From: Thermoplasmata archaeon | GTDB lineage: Archaea; Thermoplasmatota; Thermoplasmata; Lutacidiplasmatales; UBA184 | Length of the DNA: 64,000 nucleotides | Reading direction: 5' to 3' | Assembly: GCA_035933635.1 (NCBI GenBank) | Contig: DASYYY010000005.1 | Location: 4 to 64,003 of the forward strand | In this document: one piece after another, positions 8,935-18,803 of the stretch | Numbering within the stretch: position 1 is the stretch's first letter | How the letters are laid out: each line of letters starts with the position of its first letter | The notes under the pieces: generated by a model | Databases searched by the model: none | Told to the model about the DNA's origin: nothing | What the model saw: the letters and a program-made list of their open reading frames with translations, nothing else | Position numbers and translations under genes: made by a program

Positions 8935-10229
8935 TGGACGTCGTACCGATCCGTCACGCCTTCACCGCCGAGGGGCTCACCGCGCCGATCACCGTGCGCG
9001 GCTGGGTCCTGCGGGCCCGCTCCTCCGGTGGGATCGCCTTCCTCGTCGTGCGGGACCGCACCGGCACGCTGCAGGTCACCGCCCGCAAGGACGCCGTCGG
9101 CGACCAGGGGTTCGCCTCGGTCGAGCATGTCCAGCTCGAGGCGACCGTGCAGGCGACCGGAACCGTCCACGAGGACAAGCGCGCTGCCGGCGGGCGCGAG
9201 CTCCGCGCCAGCCGCATCGAGGTCCTCCACGCCGGTGAGCCGTTCCCGATCTTCCAGGACCAGACCGAGGAGTTCCTGCTCGACCACCGCCACCTCGCCA
9301 TCCGCTCGCAGGAGCACGTGGCGATGTTCCGCCTGAAGGCGACGTTGTTGCGCGCGATGCGCGAGTTCCTCGAGCGCGAGGAGTTCCTCGAGATGACCCC
9401 GCCGATCCTGACGGGCAACGCCGCCGAGGGCGGGGCCGAGGCGTTCACCTTCGACTACTTCGGGCGGCCGGGGTATCTCTCCCAGACCGCGCAGCTCTAC
9501 CTCGAGGCGCTCCTCGCTCCCCACGAGCGGGTCTACGCGATCACCCCCTCGTTCCGGGCCGAGAAGTCCCGGACCCCGCGGCACCTGACGGAGTACACCC
9601 ATCTCGAGGTCGAGATCGCCTGGTGCGACCTCGAGGGGCTCATCGGCTTCCTCGAGCGGTTCGTCGTCGACGCGCTCCACGAGCTCGCCCGCCAGCGCCC
9701 CAAGGAGCTCGAGCTGCTCGGCCGTCCCCCCGCCGAGCTCGAGGCGATCAGCGCTCCGTTCCCCCGGCTGCGCTACAGCGACGCGATCGACCGGCTCGCC
9801 CGGCAGGGGTTCCCCGTCAAGTGGGGCAGCGACCTCGGCGCGGCCGAGGAGCGCGCGCTCACGCTCGAGGAGAAGCTTCCGCTCTTCCTGACACACTTCC
9901 CGGTCGAGCTGAAGGCATTCTACATGCTGCGTTCGCCCGACGATCCGCGGACGGTCGAGGCGGCCGACCTGTTGGGACCCGAGGGCTACGGAGAGATCAT
10001 CGGCGCCAGCTGCCGCGAGACGAACGTCGATCGTCTCGTCGAGCGGCTCCGGGCCATCGGCGCGAACCCGGCCGAGTACGAGTGGTACCTCGACCTGCGA
10101 CGACACGGCAGCGTCCCCCACGCGGGGTTCGGGATCGGGGTCGAGCGACTTCTGAGGTTCGTCGCGCGCCGAGAGCACATCCGGGACACCACGCCGTTCC
10201 CCCGGACCCCCTCGCGCCACACTCCGTAG
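8934..10229 (+). CDS. asnS: Asparagine--tRNA ligase
   Basis: GTG overlaps the TFS stop (TAGTG); OB fold VRGWV; YLSQTAQLY, FRAEKSRTPRHLTEY, GYGEIIG, GSVPHAGFGIGVER. Confidence 0.9.
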   Translation: MDVVPIRHAFTAEGLTAPITVRGWVLRARSSGGIAFLVVRDRTGTLQVTARKDAVGDQGFASVEHVQLEATVQATGTVHEDKRAAGGRELRASRIEVLHAGEPFPIFQDQTEEFLLDHRHLAIRSQEHVAMFRLKATLLRAMREFLEREEFLEMTPPILTGNAAEGGAEAFTFDYFGRPGYLSQTAQLYLEALLAPHERVYAITPSFRAEKSRTPRHLTEYTHLEVEIAWCDLEGLIGFLERFVVDALHELARQRPKELELLGRPPAELEAISAPFPRLRYSDAIDRLARQGFPVKWGSDLGAAEERALTLEEKLPLFLTHFPVELKAFYMLRSPDDPRTVEAADLLGPEGYGEIIGASCRETNVDRLVERLRAIGANPAEYEWYLDLRRHGSVPHAGFGIGVERLLRFVARREHIRDTTPFPRTPSRHTP

Positions 10230-10394
10230 CGCGATCGTCCTCCCTGAAGCCCGGCCATCCACCCCGATACGTTCGTACGCCGGGTCGAGCCTGGCGCCCC
10301 GCCGAGCGCAGTAACGTTCAAGTCGGGGGGCGTGCTAGACGCGTTCGAACCGAGACGCTCCGCTCCCGTAACTACAGGACCCCGCCCACCAAAA

Positions 10395-10922
10395 ATGGAG
10401 AAACGACCAGAGAATTCTTCCGGGACTCCGCCCGCCGCGCCCCCGGGGAACGGTGCCGGGCTCGTCATCGGCCGTCTGACCCACGAGGACGTCGGCGACA
10501 GCGTCCAGCTGTTCCGCCGGGTCTGGGAGCCGTTCCTCGCGGGCCTCCCCGTCGAGGTCCAGAAGACCTGGCAACCCACCGCGCTCGAGTTCACGAGCAG
10601 CATGGAGGGCGTGACCTACTTCGCCGCCCGCCGGGACAACAAGCTCGTCGGGGTCGTCGGCTGCCGTCTGACCGCGGGCGCCTGCCAGCTCCTCAACCTG
10701 TGCGTCGACGCGGAGTTCCGACGGCGCGGCACGGGCACCGCGCTGCTCGCCGCGGCGCTCGGATGGGCCCAGCACGCCAACGCCCGATCGCTCTGCGTCG
10801 ATGTGATGGACCGGTTCGGCGACGCGATGGCGCTGCTGAAGGCGTCCGGCTTCACCCAGGCGGGGGTCCTTCACCGCCACTTTTGGGGTGAGGACGTCCG
10901 GATGTTCGAGAAGGTTCTGTAA
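10395..10922 (+). CDS. GNAT family N-acetyltransferase
   Basis: LCVDAEFRRRGTGTALL acetyl-CoA-binding motif A. Confidence 0.85.
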   Translation: MEKRPENSSGTPPAAPPGNGAGLVIGRLTHEDVGDSVQLFRRVWEPFLAGLPVEVQKTWQPTALEFTSSMEGVTYFAARRDNKLVGVVGCRLTAGACQLLNLCVDAEFRRRGTGTALLAAALGWAQHANARSLCVDVMDRFGDAMALLKASGFTQAGVLHRHFWGEDVRMFEKVL

Positions 10923-11847
10923 CCATCACCTCGCGCGCCCCACCGGCCGCGCGGGCCACGCTCGCCTTCAACGGAGCGAGGCGCCGCAGCTCGCGCATCG
11001 AGTCCTCGTAGTGCTCCGAGGCGAGCGACCGCGCGGCCCGGGCCAAGGTCGCGGCATCGCCCTCGACCCGTCCGCCGGAGCCGCGGTTCTTGACCAGGAG
11101 GTCGCCGTACCGGGTCACCAGCTGCGGGAGCGCACGTCCGAGCGTCTGGTGGACCTCGCCTTGGAATTCCCGGAGGTGCTGCTTGAGGTCGGCGAGCCGC
11201 CCGCGCCGAAGCTCCTGCTCGAGCTCCTCGCCGAGCTCCTCCGGGTCGTCCGGGACGGGGATGTCGAGCGCCTGCATGTCGCGCAGCAACGTGATCAGTT
11301 TCTCGAGCTCACCCCGCGCCTGGTCCAGGTGCCGCTCCTTCAGCGCGACGACGCGCGTGACCTGTTGGTAGGTCGAGAGCGCCCGGGCGACCTCGCCGGT
11401 GCGCGCCGCGTGGAGCGCGTCCTCGATCTCCTCGCGTTCGAGACGGCTGTCGACCGAGTAGGCCTCGAGCCGCCGGAGCCGCCCCTCGCACTGCTGGGCC
11501 CACTTCTCGAGCGACTGGACGATCCGCTGCTGCGCGATGCGCTCGATGCCGCGCACGACCTCTTGCCAGCGGTCGGGGTCCTCGCCGGAGTGGACGAACT
11601 CGAGCGCCCAGTTCGGAAGCTCGGGCACGCGGATGCCCAGCGGTCCGGCCGCATGGGCCCATTCGCGGAGCTTGGCCAGACGGCGGTCCATCGCCTCGCG
11701 CTGTCCCGGAGCGCCGCTCCCCGGTGAGGCACCGGCCTGAGGGGCGACGGCCGGGGCGGAGACCGGCGTATCGCAGACGGCGCAGGTCTTGGCATTGGCC
11801 GCGAGAGGGCTCCCGCACTGGGCGCAGCGTGCTAGCCGGCCGGCCAC
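10852..11847 (-). CDS. Zinc-ribbon plus coiled-coil hypothetical protein
   Basis: CAQCG...CAVC followed by a long charged helical region; start uncertain (GTG 11847). Confidence 0.7.
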   Translation of the reverse strand: MAGRLARCAQCGSPLAANAKTCAVCDTPVSAPAVAPQAGASPGSGAPGQREAMDRRLAKLREWAHAAGPLGIRVPELPNWALEFVHSGEDPDRWQEVVRGIERIAQQRIVQSLEKWAQQCEGRLRRLEAYSVDSRLEREEIEDALHAARTGEVARALSTYQQVTRVVALKERHLDQARGELEKLITLLRDMQALDIPVPDDPEELGEELEQELRRGRLADLKQHLREFQGEVHQTLGRALPQLVTRYGDLLVKNRGSGGRVEGDAATLARAARSLASEHYEDSMRELRRLAPLKASVARAAGGAREVMVTEPSRTSGRPHPKSGGEGPPPG

Positions 11848-12113
11848 CGAACGCTCCGCGAAAGGCGCCGGACCAAGGTGCGATGAACGAGCCTGAACCG
11901 ATCCCGCATCTCGCAGCGCCGCGATACCCGTCCGAAGGACAGGACTCTCCGCCTGCACACCAACAGCCAACCCGAAATCATCAACCTAGCGCCCCCCTCC
12001 GCCGCAGGGCCACTCCAGGGTGGGAGAGCCGCCGAAGGAGGAATCAGCGGTGGCGCGCCCCCACCCGGAGGCGGGCAGCCCGAAGGTTTGAGGGTTCCCG
12101 TGTACGGGGGACC

Positions 12114-13031
12114 ATGTACACTTCCTCCCAGTACGAGTTCCCGCAGCTGGCGGACGGCGTGTGGGCGGCGATCGCGCGCCCGGGTGCGGGCGCCACGAGC
12201 AACAGCGGGATCGTCGACACCGGACGCGCCGCGCTGGTGTTCGACACCTCGATGACCCCGAAAGGGGCCCACGAGATCCGCACGGCGGCGCGGATCCTCT
12301 CGGGCAAGGAGCCGCTCGAGGTGGTCAACAGCCACTGGCACCTGGACCACACCCTGGGCAACCGAGTGTTCGGGGGCTGCACGATCCGCTCGACGTTCCG
12401 GACCCTCGAGATGATCGAACGACGCGCCGCGCCGGTGGCCGACCAGGTCAATGACCCGTCCTGGGGTCGGTTCGCCGCAGCGGCCGAGAACCGGCGGAAC
12501 GCCGAGACCCGCCCCCTCTATCGGGCGGAGCTCGAGTGCGAGGCCGCCGCGCGCCGTGACCTGGAGGCGGGGCGGGGCGAGCTCGAACTCCGCGCCCCGG
12601 ACGAGGTGTTCCGCGAGAGGTACGTCTACCCCGGCGGCCGGGGCCTCTTGCTGGTAGAGGGCGCCGGGCATTCCGAGAGCGATACGGCCCTCTACGTCCC
12701 CGAGGCGGACGTGCTGTTCACGGGGGACTTGGTCGTCTCCGAGACGCATCCGGACCTATCGGCTTCGGACCCGGAGCGGTGGCTCAAGGCGCTCACCGGC
12801 GTAGAGGCGACGAAACCCAAGTTCATCGTGCCCGGCCACGGGCCCGTCGCGGATGTCCTCGCGTGCGCGACGCTGAGGTCCTATCTCGGGCAGCTCGCGG
12901 AGCTGGCGGCCGAGCCCGGGGACGCAGAGATGCCCCCGGAGTTCGCCGAGTTCCGGCGACCCTCGCTCTTCCCCGGGAACGTCCAACGGTTGAGGGAGCC
13001 CCCGCCCGATCGGGCCGAGCCCACCGACTGA
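12114..13031 (+). CDS. MBL-fold metallo-hydrolase
   Basis: NSHWHLDHTLGN, GHSESD, FTGDL, VPGHGP. Confidence 0.9.
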   Translation: MYTSSQYEFPQLADGVWAAIARPGAGATSNSGIVDTGRAALVFDTSMTPKGAHEIRTAARILSGKEPLEVVNSHWHLDHTLGNRVFGGCTIRSTFRTLEMIERRAAPVADQVNDPSWGRFAAAAENRRNAETRPLYRAELECEAAARRDLEAGRGELELRAPDEVFRERYVYPGGRGLLLVEGAGHSESDTALYVPEADVLFTGDLVVSETHPDLSASDPERWLKALTGVEATKPKFIVPGHGPVADVLACATLRSYLGQLAELAAEPGDAEMPPEFAEFRRPSLFPGNVQRLREPPPDRAEPTD

Positions 13032-13078
13032 CGCCCCGCCCCGCCGCGGTCCCCGTTCGGGGAACGAAGAGCGGGAGA

Positions 13079-13163
13079 TGCAGGGGGTGAGATTTGAACT
13101 CACGAACTCCTACGAGACTAGGACCTCAACCTAGCGCCTTTGACCAAGCTGGGCCACCCCTGC
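13079..13163 (-). tRNA. tRNA-Leu(GAG)
   Basis: Reverse complement GCAGGGGTGGCCCAGCTTGGTCAAAGGCG-CTAGG-TTGAGGT-CCTAG-variable arm-GTGAGTTCAAATCTCAC-CCCCTGCA; long variable arm, no encoded CCA. Confidence 0.95.
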
Positions 13164-13353
13164 AGGGCGGCGCGTTCCTACGAACCCTCCCGCTTAACCC
13201 TTGCGAGAGCGACACGTTCTCGGCGAGGTCGTTGTGGCCGCGACCGTCGTGCGCTGGCCGAAATGCGCCGGTGGCGGCGCATCCCTGCCCCCGACGAAAT
13301 TCCGGACCCTGCCCGCGAAAGGCACATCTATGGCAGCCTCCTCGCTCGCCGAT

Positions 13354-13719
13354 ATGCCGCCCTCGGCGCCCCGCGAACGCCCTCCACCGGAGGTCGGTAC
13401 CACGGTGTTCATCGGCGGCAAGCCGACGATGACCTACGTCTTCCAGGTCGTCGCCCAGCTGAACAGCGGCTTCGGGCCGATCACCGTCAAGGCGCGCGGC
13501 AACGCCATCGCCAAGGCGGTGGACGTGGTCGAGGTCGTCCGCCACCGGTTCCTCGAGGGCCAGGTCTCGGTCGGCAAGATCGAGCTCGAGACCGAGCGGC
13601 TCGTCAACCGAGAGGGCCGGGAGGCCAACGTCTCGTCGATCGCGATCCCGCTCACGCGTACGGGACCGCCGCCGGCACCGGCGGCGGCGGCACCGGTGGC
13701 CACGGCGGGCTCTTCCTGA
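13354..13719 (+). CDS. albA: DNA/RNA-binding protein Alba
   Basis: VFIGGKPTMTYV, VKARGNAIAKAVDVVEV, NVSSIAI; alternative start at 13330. Confidence 0.93.
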   Translation: MPPSAPRERPPPEVGTTVFIGGKPTMTYVFQVVAQLNSGFGPITVKARGNAIAKAVDVVEVVRHRFLEGQVSVGKIELETERLVNREGREANVSSIAIPLTRTGPPPAPAAAAPVATAGSS

Positions 13720-15562
13720 GCACCCAGGTCCCGGCGAAGACGTCGCCGAGCCGGCCGTGCTCGGGGTGCAGCATCATCACCGCGGCGCTGGCGAGGCCGA
13801 TGACCCCGACCGCGACCAACCCCGCCAACAGCAGGATCACCGCGTCCAGGCCGCTGAGGATGAAGGTGCCGCTCGTCACCGCACCCGTCCCCGACCGCAG
13901 CAGGACCACCAGCGCCACCCCCACCAGCTCGGCGATCACCGTGAGCGGCAGCACGCGGGGGGCGTTCCGCACCAGGACCGGCACGAACCCCGGGCGCACG
14001 AGGCTTCGGGTGCGGACCTCCAGCCCGCGGATCCGCTTCCCGGGTGTCGTCCCGGTGAACGCCTCGTTCAGCAGGAAGTACAGGAACCCGGCAGCAGTGT
14101 AGGCGAAGAGGGCGGTGTTGTAGGGGATGCCGAGCAGCACCGATTCGGCGCTCCCGGGTAGCAGCAGCGCGAGCGCGGCCCAGAGTCCAAGGGCCGGGCC
14201 CGTGATGATCGCAAGGTCGATCCCGAACGCGACCGAGCGTTCGACCACCGTTCCGAACGATCCCATCTCGAGCTGACGGGCGAGGTTGCGCAGGAAGCGG
14301 GCGGTGAGCAGCCCGCGCTCGGCGTCCTGGAAGCTGACCGGCCGAGCACGGGCCAGCGCGCGCAGGTTGAGGTGGTCGCCCGAGACCCACGCCGGGACCT
14401 CGAGCCCGGCCCAAGGTGGCTCGCCCGGGGCCGGGATCGGCAGCCCGCGGAGGGTGCGTACTTGATCGACGGAGGCATCGGCGCTCGACGCGGCCAGCTC
14501 CAAGCTCGCCGTCGGACTGCCGGCGCGCAATTGGCGGATCGCTTCGCGAAAGAGGCCGTTCGAGGTCGGCGGGGAGCGTGACGCGGCCCCGATGCCGGGG
14601 CCGGTCGCGGCCGTCCCGCCGGCTCCCGAGAGGCGAAGGACGACGAAGCTCGTGGCGAGCGAGATCAACCCACTGAGGTAGACCAGGTCGAGGACGCCCG
14701 CGCCGCCGATCGACAGGATGCTCGGGGCCCCGGCGTACAAGGGCGGCTGGTGCAGGACATCGGCCCCGACCAGCACCCCGAAGGTCGACGCCGCGTACCC
14801 GATGGCGACGCCGGCCACGGCCGGAAGGTCGAACCAACGGCCCGCCAGGGGGACCGCGAGCGCACCGACCGCGATCGGGGCGAGCAGGTAGTACGGGAAG
14901 CTCGAGAGGATCCCTTGGCCGGCGACGGCGTTCGTCGTGTAGAAGGTCAGCAGCAGGGCGACCAGGGTCAAGGCGATCAGTCCGCCGGCCGCCGCCGACG
15001 CGGGAGCGCGCTCGGAAGGCCTCGTGGGAGAGGAGCTTCCGATCCAAAGGAACAGCGACGTCCCCGCCGCGCCCGCGATCACGACCGCGGCCGGGACGGG
15101 CCCGGACAGAGGTGAGATCACCATCGCCAGTTGGGCGGACATCGGCGGTCGGAGGAAGTAACGGGCCCACGGCCCCCCGACGGGGCTAGCGACGAACAGC
15201 ACCAGGGCGAACAGCCCGGCGGTGATCGCGGCCAGGGCGGTGAGAAAGCGGGCGAGCACGGCCCGACCGTCCGATCCCCACCATCGGTAGATCAGATAGA
15301 GGCTCAGGGCGGCCGGAATCGCCGCCCCGCCGAGATTGACCGCGAGGGCGCTCCCGTTCCACCCGAAGACCGGTGCGTTCGCGAGCGAGGCGATGAAGGC
15401 GGACGGTACGAGGAGCCAGAAGGTCCGTCGCCCGAACCCGGCGGCCCGTGCGGTCGGCTCGTCCTCCCAGGCCCACAGGTAGAGCAGGAGCCACAGGAGC
15501 GGCGGGAGCGCCAAGAAGGCGACGTTGCTCAGGAGATCGTTCGTCAGGACTCCGAAATCCAT
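13652..15562 (-). CDS. Membrane protein: DUF1614 domain fused to C-terminal RDD domain
   Basis: DUF1614-like NLGGAAIP, GVLVGAD, SIGGAGVLD; RDD-like ERSVAFGID, GTTPGKRIRGLEV, RLGDVFAGTWV; alternative start 15634. Confidence 0.75.
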   Translation of the reverse strand: MDFGVLTNDLLSNVAFLALPPLLWLLLYLWAWEDEPTARAAGFGRRTFWLLVPSAFIASLANAPVFGWNGSALAVNLGGAAIPAALSLYLIYRWWGSDGRAVLARFLTALAAITAGLFALVLFVASPVGGPWARYFLRPPMSAQLAMVISPLSGPVPAAVVIAGAAGTSLFLWIGSSSPTRPSERAPASAAAGGLIALTLVALLLTFYTTNAVAGQGILSSFPYYLLAPIAVGALAVPLAGRWFDLPAVAGVAIGYAASTFGVLVGADVLHQPPLYAGAPSILSIGGAGVLDLVYLSGLISLATSFVVLRLSGAGGTAATGPGIGAASRSPPTSNGLFREAIRQLRAGSPTASLELAASSADASVDQVRTLRGLPIPAPGEPPWAGLEVPAWVSGDHLNLRALARARPVSFQDAERGLLTARFLRNLARQLEMGSFGTVVERSVAFGIDLAIITGPALGLWAALALLLPGSAESVLLGIPYNTALFAYTAAGFLYFLLNEAFTGTTPGKRIRGLEVRTRSLVRPGFVPVLVRNAPRVLPLTVIAELVGVALVVLLRSGTGAVTSGTFILSGLDAVILLLAGLVAVGVIGLASAAVMMLHPEHGRLGDVFAGTWVLRKSPPWPPVPPPPVPAAVPYA

Positions 15563-15671
15563 CGCGCGTGCCCCTCCGCGGAGCCGACCGGGTGCGGGTC
15601 TTGCGACCGGCCCCCCGTCAGGGAGAGCGCTCACGCAAAGGGTTTTTGGGCAGGTCCGGGTGGTCGCGCCG

Positions 15672-17072
15672 ATGGCGGGGAACCGCGTCGAAACGGACTC
15701 GCTCGGCGAGCGCGAGGTCCCGGCGGGCGCCTACTACGGGATCCAGAGCCTGCGCGCCCGGGAGAACTTCCCGGTGAGCGGCCTGCGGTCGTCGCGACAC
15801 CTCGTCCGTGCCTACGCCGAGCTCAAGGGCGCCTGCGCGCGCACCAACGTCGAGCTGCGCGTGCTGCCGGCCGAGGTCGGTGCGGCGATCTCCCAGGCCG
15901 CGCGCGAGATGGCGTCCGGCAAGTTCGACTCCGAGCTCATCGTCGATGTGTTCCAGGCCGGTGCGGGCACCTCCTTCCACATGAACGTCAACGAGGTCCT
16001 CGCCAACCGAGCCCTCGAGATCCTCGGGCTACCGCGGGGCCAGTACGAGAAGGTCAGCCCCAACGACCACGTCAACCGCGGCCAGTCGACCAACGACACC
16101 TATCCGAGCGCGGCGCAGGTGGCCGCGGCGCTCGCGCTGGCGGAGCTCCGGGCCTCGGTCGAGAAGCTCGCCCAGAGCTTCGACCGCAAGGGCGCCGAGT
16201 TCGATCGGCTCGCCAAGTCCGGCCGTACGCACCTCAAGGACGCCATGCCCGTCACGCTCGGCGGAGAGTTCCGGGCGTACGCCAGCGTGCTCCGACACGT
16301 GCTCGAGCAGCTCCCCGGCGTCGAGCACGCGCTCATGGAAATCCCGCTGGGAGGGAGCGCCGTCGGGACCGGCATCAACACCGCGCACGGATACCGGGAG
16401 CGCGCCGTGGCGGAGTACGCCAAGGCGGTCGGACTCCCCCTCGTCGTCGCGCGCGACCCGCTCGAGACGATGCAGAGCCGCTGGCCGCTCGGGGCGGCGT
16501 CGGGCTGGCTCCGCGCGCTCGCCCTCGAGCTCATCCGGATCGCCAACGACCTGCGCCTGCTCTCGAGCGGCCCGGCGACGGGGCTCGATGAGATCCGTCT
16601 GCCCGAGATCCAGCCGGGTTCGTCGATCATGCCGGCGAAGGTCAACCCCTCGGCGGCCGAGTGCCTGGACATGGTGGCGTTCCACGTCGTGGGGGCCGAC
16701 CTCGCGAACTCCTTCGCCGTCCAGGGCGGGCAGCTCGAGATCAACGTGATGATGCCGCTCTCCGCCTACGAGGTACTGTTCTCGGCGGAGATCCTGACGA
16801 ACTACCTACCGGTCTTCGCCCGGACCTGCGTCGACGGGATCACGGCCAACACCCCCAAGCTCGAACAGAACCTCCTCGCCTCGAGCGCGCTGGCCACCGT
16901 GCTGACCCCCAAGCTCGGCTACCTGAAGGTGGCCGAGATCATCCACGAGTCGGAGAAGACGCGCACGCCGGTCAAGGAGCTCCTCGTCCGGCACAAGCTC
17001 ATGACCCCGCAGGAGGTGGAGGCGCTCCTGGGCACCTCGGCGCTCCTCAAGCTCGCCGAACCCCAGAGCTGA
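15672..17072 (+). CDS. Class II fumarate hydratase / aspartate ammonia-lyase
   Basis: RVETDSLG, YYGIQSLRA, QAGAGTSFHMN, GRTHLKDA, GSSIMPAKVNP. fumC and aspA cannot be separated by eye. Confidence 0.92.
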   Translation: MAGNRVETDSLGEREVPAGAYYGIQSLRARENFPVSGLRSSRHLVRAYAELKGACARTNVELRVLPAEVGAAISQAAREMASGKFDSELIVDVFQAGAGTSFHMNVNEVLANRALEILGLPRGQYEKVSPNDHVNRGQSTNDTYPSAAQVAAALALAELRASVEKLAQSFDRKGAEFDRLAKSGRTHLKDAMPVTLGGEFRAYASVLRHVLEQLPGVEHALMEIPLGGSAVGTGINTAHGYRERAVAEYAKAVGLPLVVARDPLETMQSRWPLGAASGWLRALALELIRIANDLRLLSSGPATGLDEIRLPEIQPGSSIMPAKVNPSAAECLDMVAFHVVGADLANSFAVQGGQLEINVMMPLSAYEVLFSAEILTNYLPVFARTCVDGITANTPKLEQNLLASSALATVLTPKLGYLKVAEIIHESEKTRTPVKELLVRHKLMTPQEVEALLGTSALLKLAEPQS

Positions 17073-17097
17073 ACACTGGAGGGAGAGGCGTCGCTCC

Positions 17098-17886
17098 ATG
17101 CCCGAACGGTCGGCCTCGGCGTTCAGCCTGCCGACGATCGAGCAGGTCGCCGGGTCGTTGGGCAACGAGGTCAACACCGAGTACCGCCGGGCCGTCGAGG
17201 TGCTCGGGCGCGTCGGTCTGACGCTCTACGAGGCGCGTGCCTACATCGCCCTCGTCGCGCGCGGTGTCGGGGACGCCGCGACGCTGGCGCAGTCGGCCGG
17301 GATCCCGCGGACCTCGGCCTACAAGGTCCTCGAATCGCTCGTCGAGAAGGGGTATGCCAAACCCACCGGCGGCAAGCCCATCCTCTACCAGCCCAAGCCG
17401 CCCCTCGACGTGGCCGAGGGGCTCAAGGCGGCCATCGGCGAGGTGTTCGAGAAGCTCCACCTGCTCCACTCGCTCGTTGCCGAGCACGGCGAGCCCCAGC
17501 TCGTCTACCTGCTGAGCGGTCGCCCCAAGGTGCTCGGCAAGATCGGCGAGATCCTCGACTCGGCATCGAAGACGTTCATCCTGACCACCCCGCAGATCGT
17601 CGAGGTCCGCGAGGAGCTCGGTAAGAAGATCGCCCACGCGGTCAAGCGCGGCGTCCAGGTCACCTTCATCACCGCGCCGTTGCAGCGCGTGCCCGAAGGA
17701 GTGACCTACGTCGCCCGGCCCAACCTCCTCGCGACCGAGGTGCTCGCCGACGGCCAGCACGCGCTCATGGCCGCGCCGACGTTCGACGCCTGCGGGTTCA
17801 CCGATAATCCGATCCTCGTCAACCACCTCCAGCAGTTCCTCGATGTGATCCTCGAGAAGGGGAGCGTCGCGGCACCCCCGGGCTGA
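17098..17886 (+). CDS. TrmB family transcriptional regulator
   Basis: GLTLYEARAYIAL, GIPRTSAYKVLESLVEKG, GKPILY plus C-terminal effector domain. Confidence 0.9.
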   Translation: MPERSASAFSLPTIEQVAGSLGNEVNTEYRRAVEVLGRVGLTLYEARAYIALVARGVGDAATLAQSAGIPRTSAYKVLESLVEKGYAKPTGGKPILYQPKPPLDVAEGLKAAIGEVFEKLHLLHSLVAEHGEPQLVYLLSGRPKVLGKIGEILDSASKTFILTTPQIVEVREELGKKIAHAVKRGVQVTFITAPLQRVPEGVTYVARPNLLATEVLADGQHALMAAPTFDACGFTDNPILVNHLQQFLDVILEKGSVAAPPG

Positions 17887-17899
17887 GCAACGCGGGTCG

Positions 17900-18760
17900 A
17901 TGGCGGGCACGACCGGGCCCGTCGCGCGCATCCGCTCCGCGCTGGCCCGAGACGGGTTCTCGCAACTCGCCGCCCGCCTTCCGCGGGGGTACGCACGGTT
18001 CGGTTCGGTCGTGCTCCTCCAACTCCCCGAGGACCTGCGTACGGAGTTCCCGAGGATCGGACGGGCGTACGCGCTGGAGCTGGGGGCGGACGCCGTGCTG
18101 CGCCGGTCCGGCCCGGTGGAGGGGGAGTACCGGCATCCCCGCGTCGAGCGCATCTTCGGCGACCGTACCGAGACCGAGGTACTCGAGCACGGCGTCCGGT
18201 ACCGGTTCGACGCCGAACGGATCATGTTCGCGCGGGGGAACAAGACCGAACGAGCGCGGGCCGGGCGGATCGTGCGGGCCGGCGAGCTCGTCGTCGACCT
18301 GTTCGCCGGGATCGGCTACTTCACACTGCCGGCGGCGCTCAGCCACTCGTCCGTCCAGGTCGTCGCCGTCGAGACCAATCCCCTCTCCTACCGGTATCTT
18401 CTCGAGAATATCGCGCTCAACGGAGTGAGCGGCCGGGTCTCCGCCGTGCTCGGGGACAATCGTCGGGTGCCACTGCCGTGGGGAGAAGCCCACCGAGTCT
18501 TCCTCGGGTATCTTCCCAGCTCGCTGCCGTGGATCCCGCTCGCGCTCCGCGCGCTCCGACCCGCGGGCGGCAGCCTCCACGTCCATCTCGTCGTCGGAAG
18601 TCGCGGGGCGAACGAGGAGGCCCGACACGCGGTCCACGACCAGCTGCGGACCCAGGGGCGCACCGACGCGCGCCTGACGGTTCGACCGGTCAAGCCCTAC
18701 GGGCCGGGCCGGACCCACTGTGTCGTGGACGTGGCGTGGGGCACCGGAGTCGGAGGGTGA
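17900..18760 (+). CDS. Trm5/Taw2 (Met-10+) family SAM-dependent tRNA modification enzyme
   Basis: IMFARGNKTER, VVDLFAGIGYFTL, ETNP, VKPYGPG. Confidence 0.85.
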   Translation: MAGTTGPVARIRSALARDGFSQLAARLPRGYARFGSVVLLQLPEDLRTEFPRIGRAYALELGADAVLRRSGPVEGEYRHPRVERIFGDRTETEVLEHGVRYRFDAERIMFARGNKTERARAGRIVRAGELVVDLFAGIGYFTLPAALSHSSVQVVAVETNPLSYRYLLENIALNGVSGRVSAVLGDNRRVPLPWGEAHRVFLGYLPSSLPWIPLALRALRPAGGSLHVHLVVGSRGANEEARHAVHDQLRTQGRTDARLTVRPVKPYGPGRTHCVVDVAWGTGVGG

Positions 18761-18803
18761 AGGGAGGAAAAGGTTCGCTCCGGTACGTTCCGTCGCGTCG
18801 ATC

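Noticed and set aside
11870..11990. Possible C/D-box sRNA (GATGA...CTGA on +; TGATGA...CTGT on -)
   Set aside because: Box spacing and D boxes are non-canonical, and I could not identify a convincing rRNA-complementary guide.
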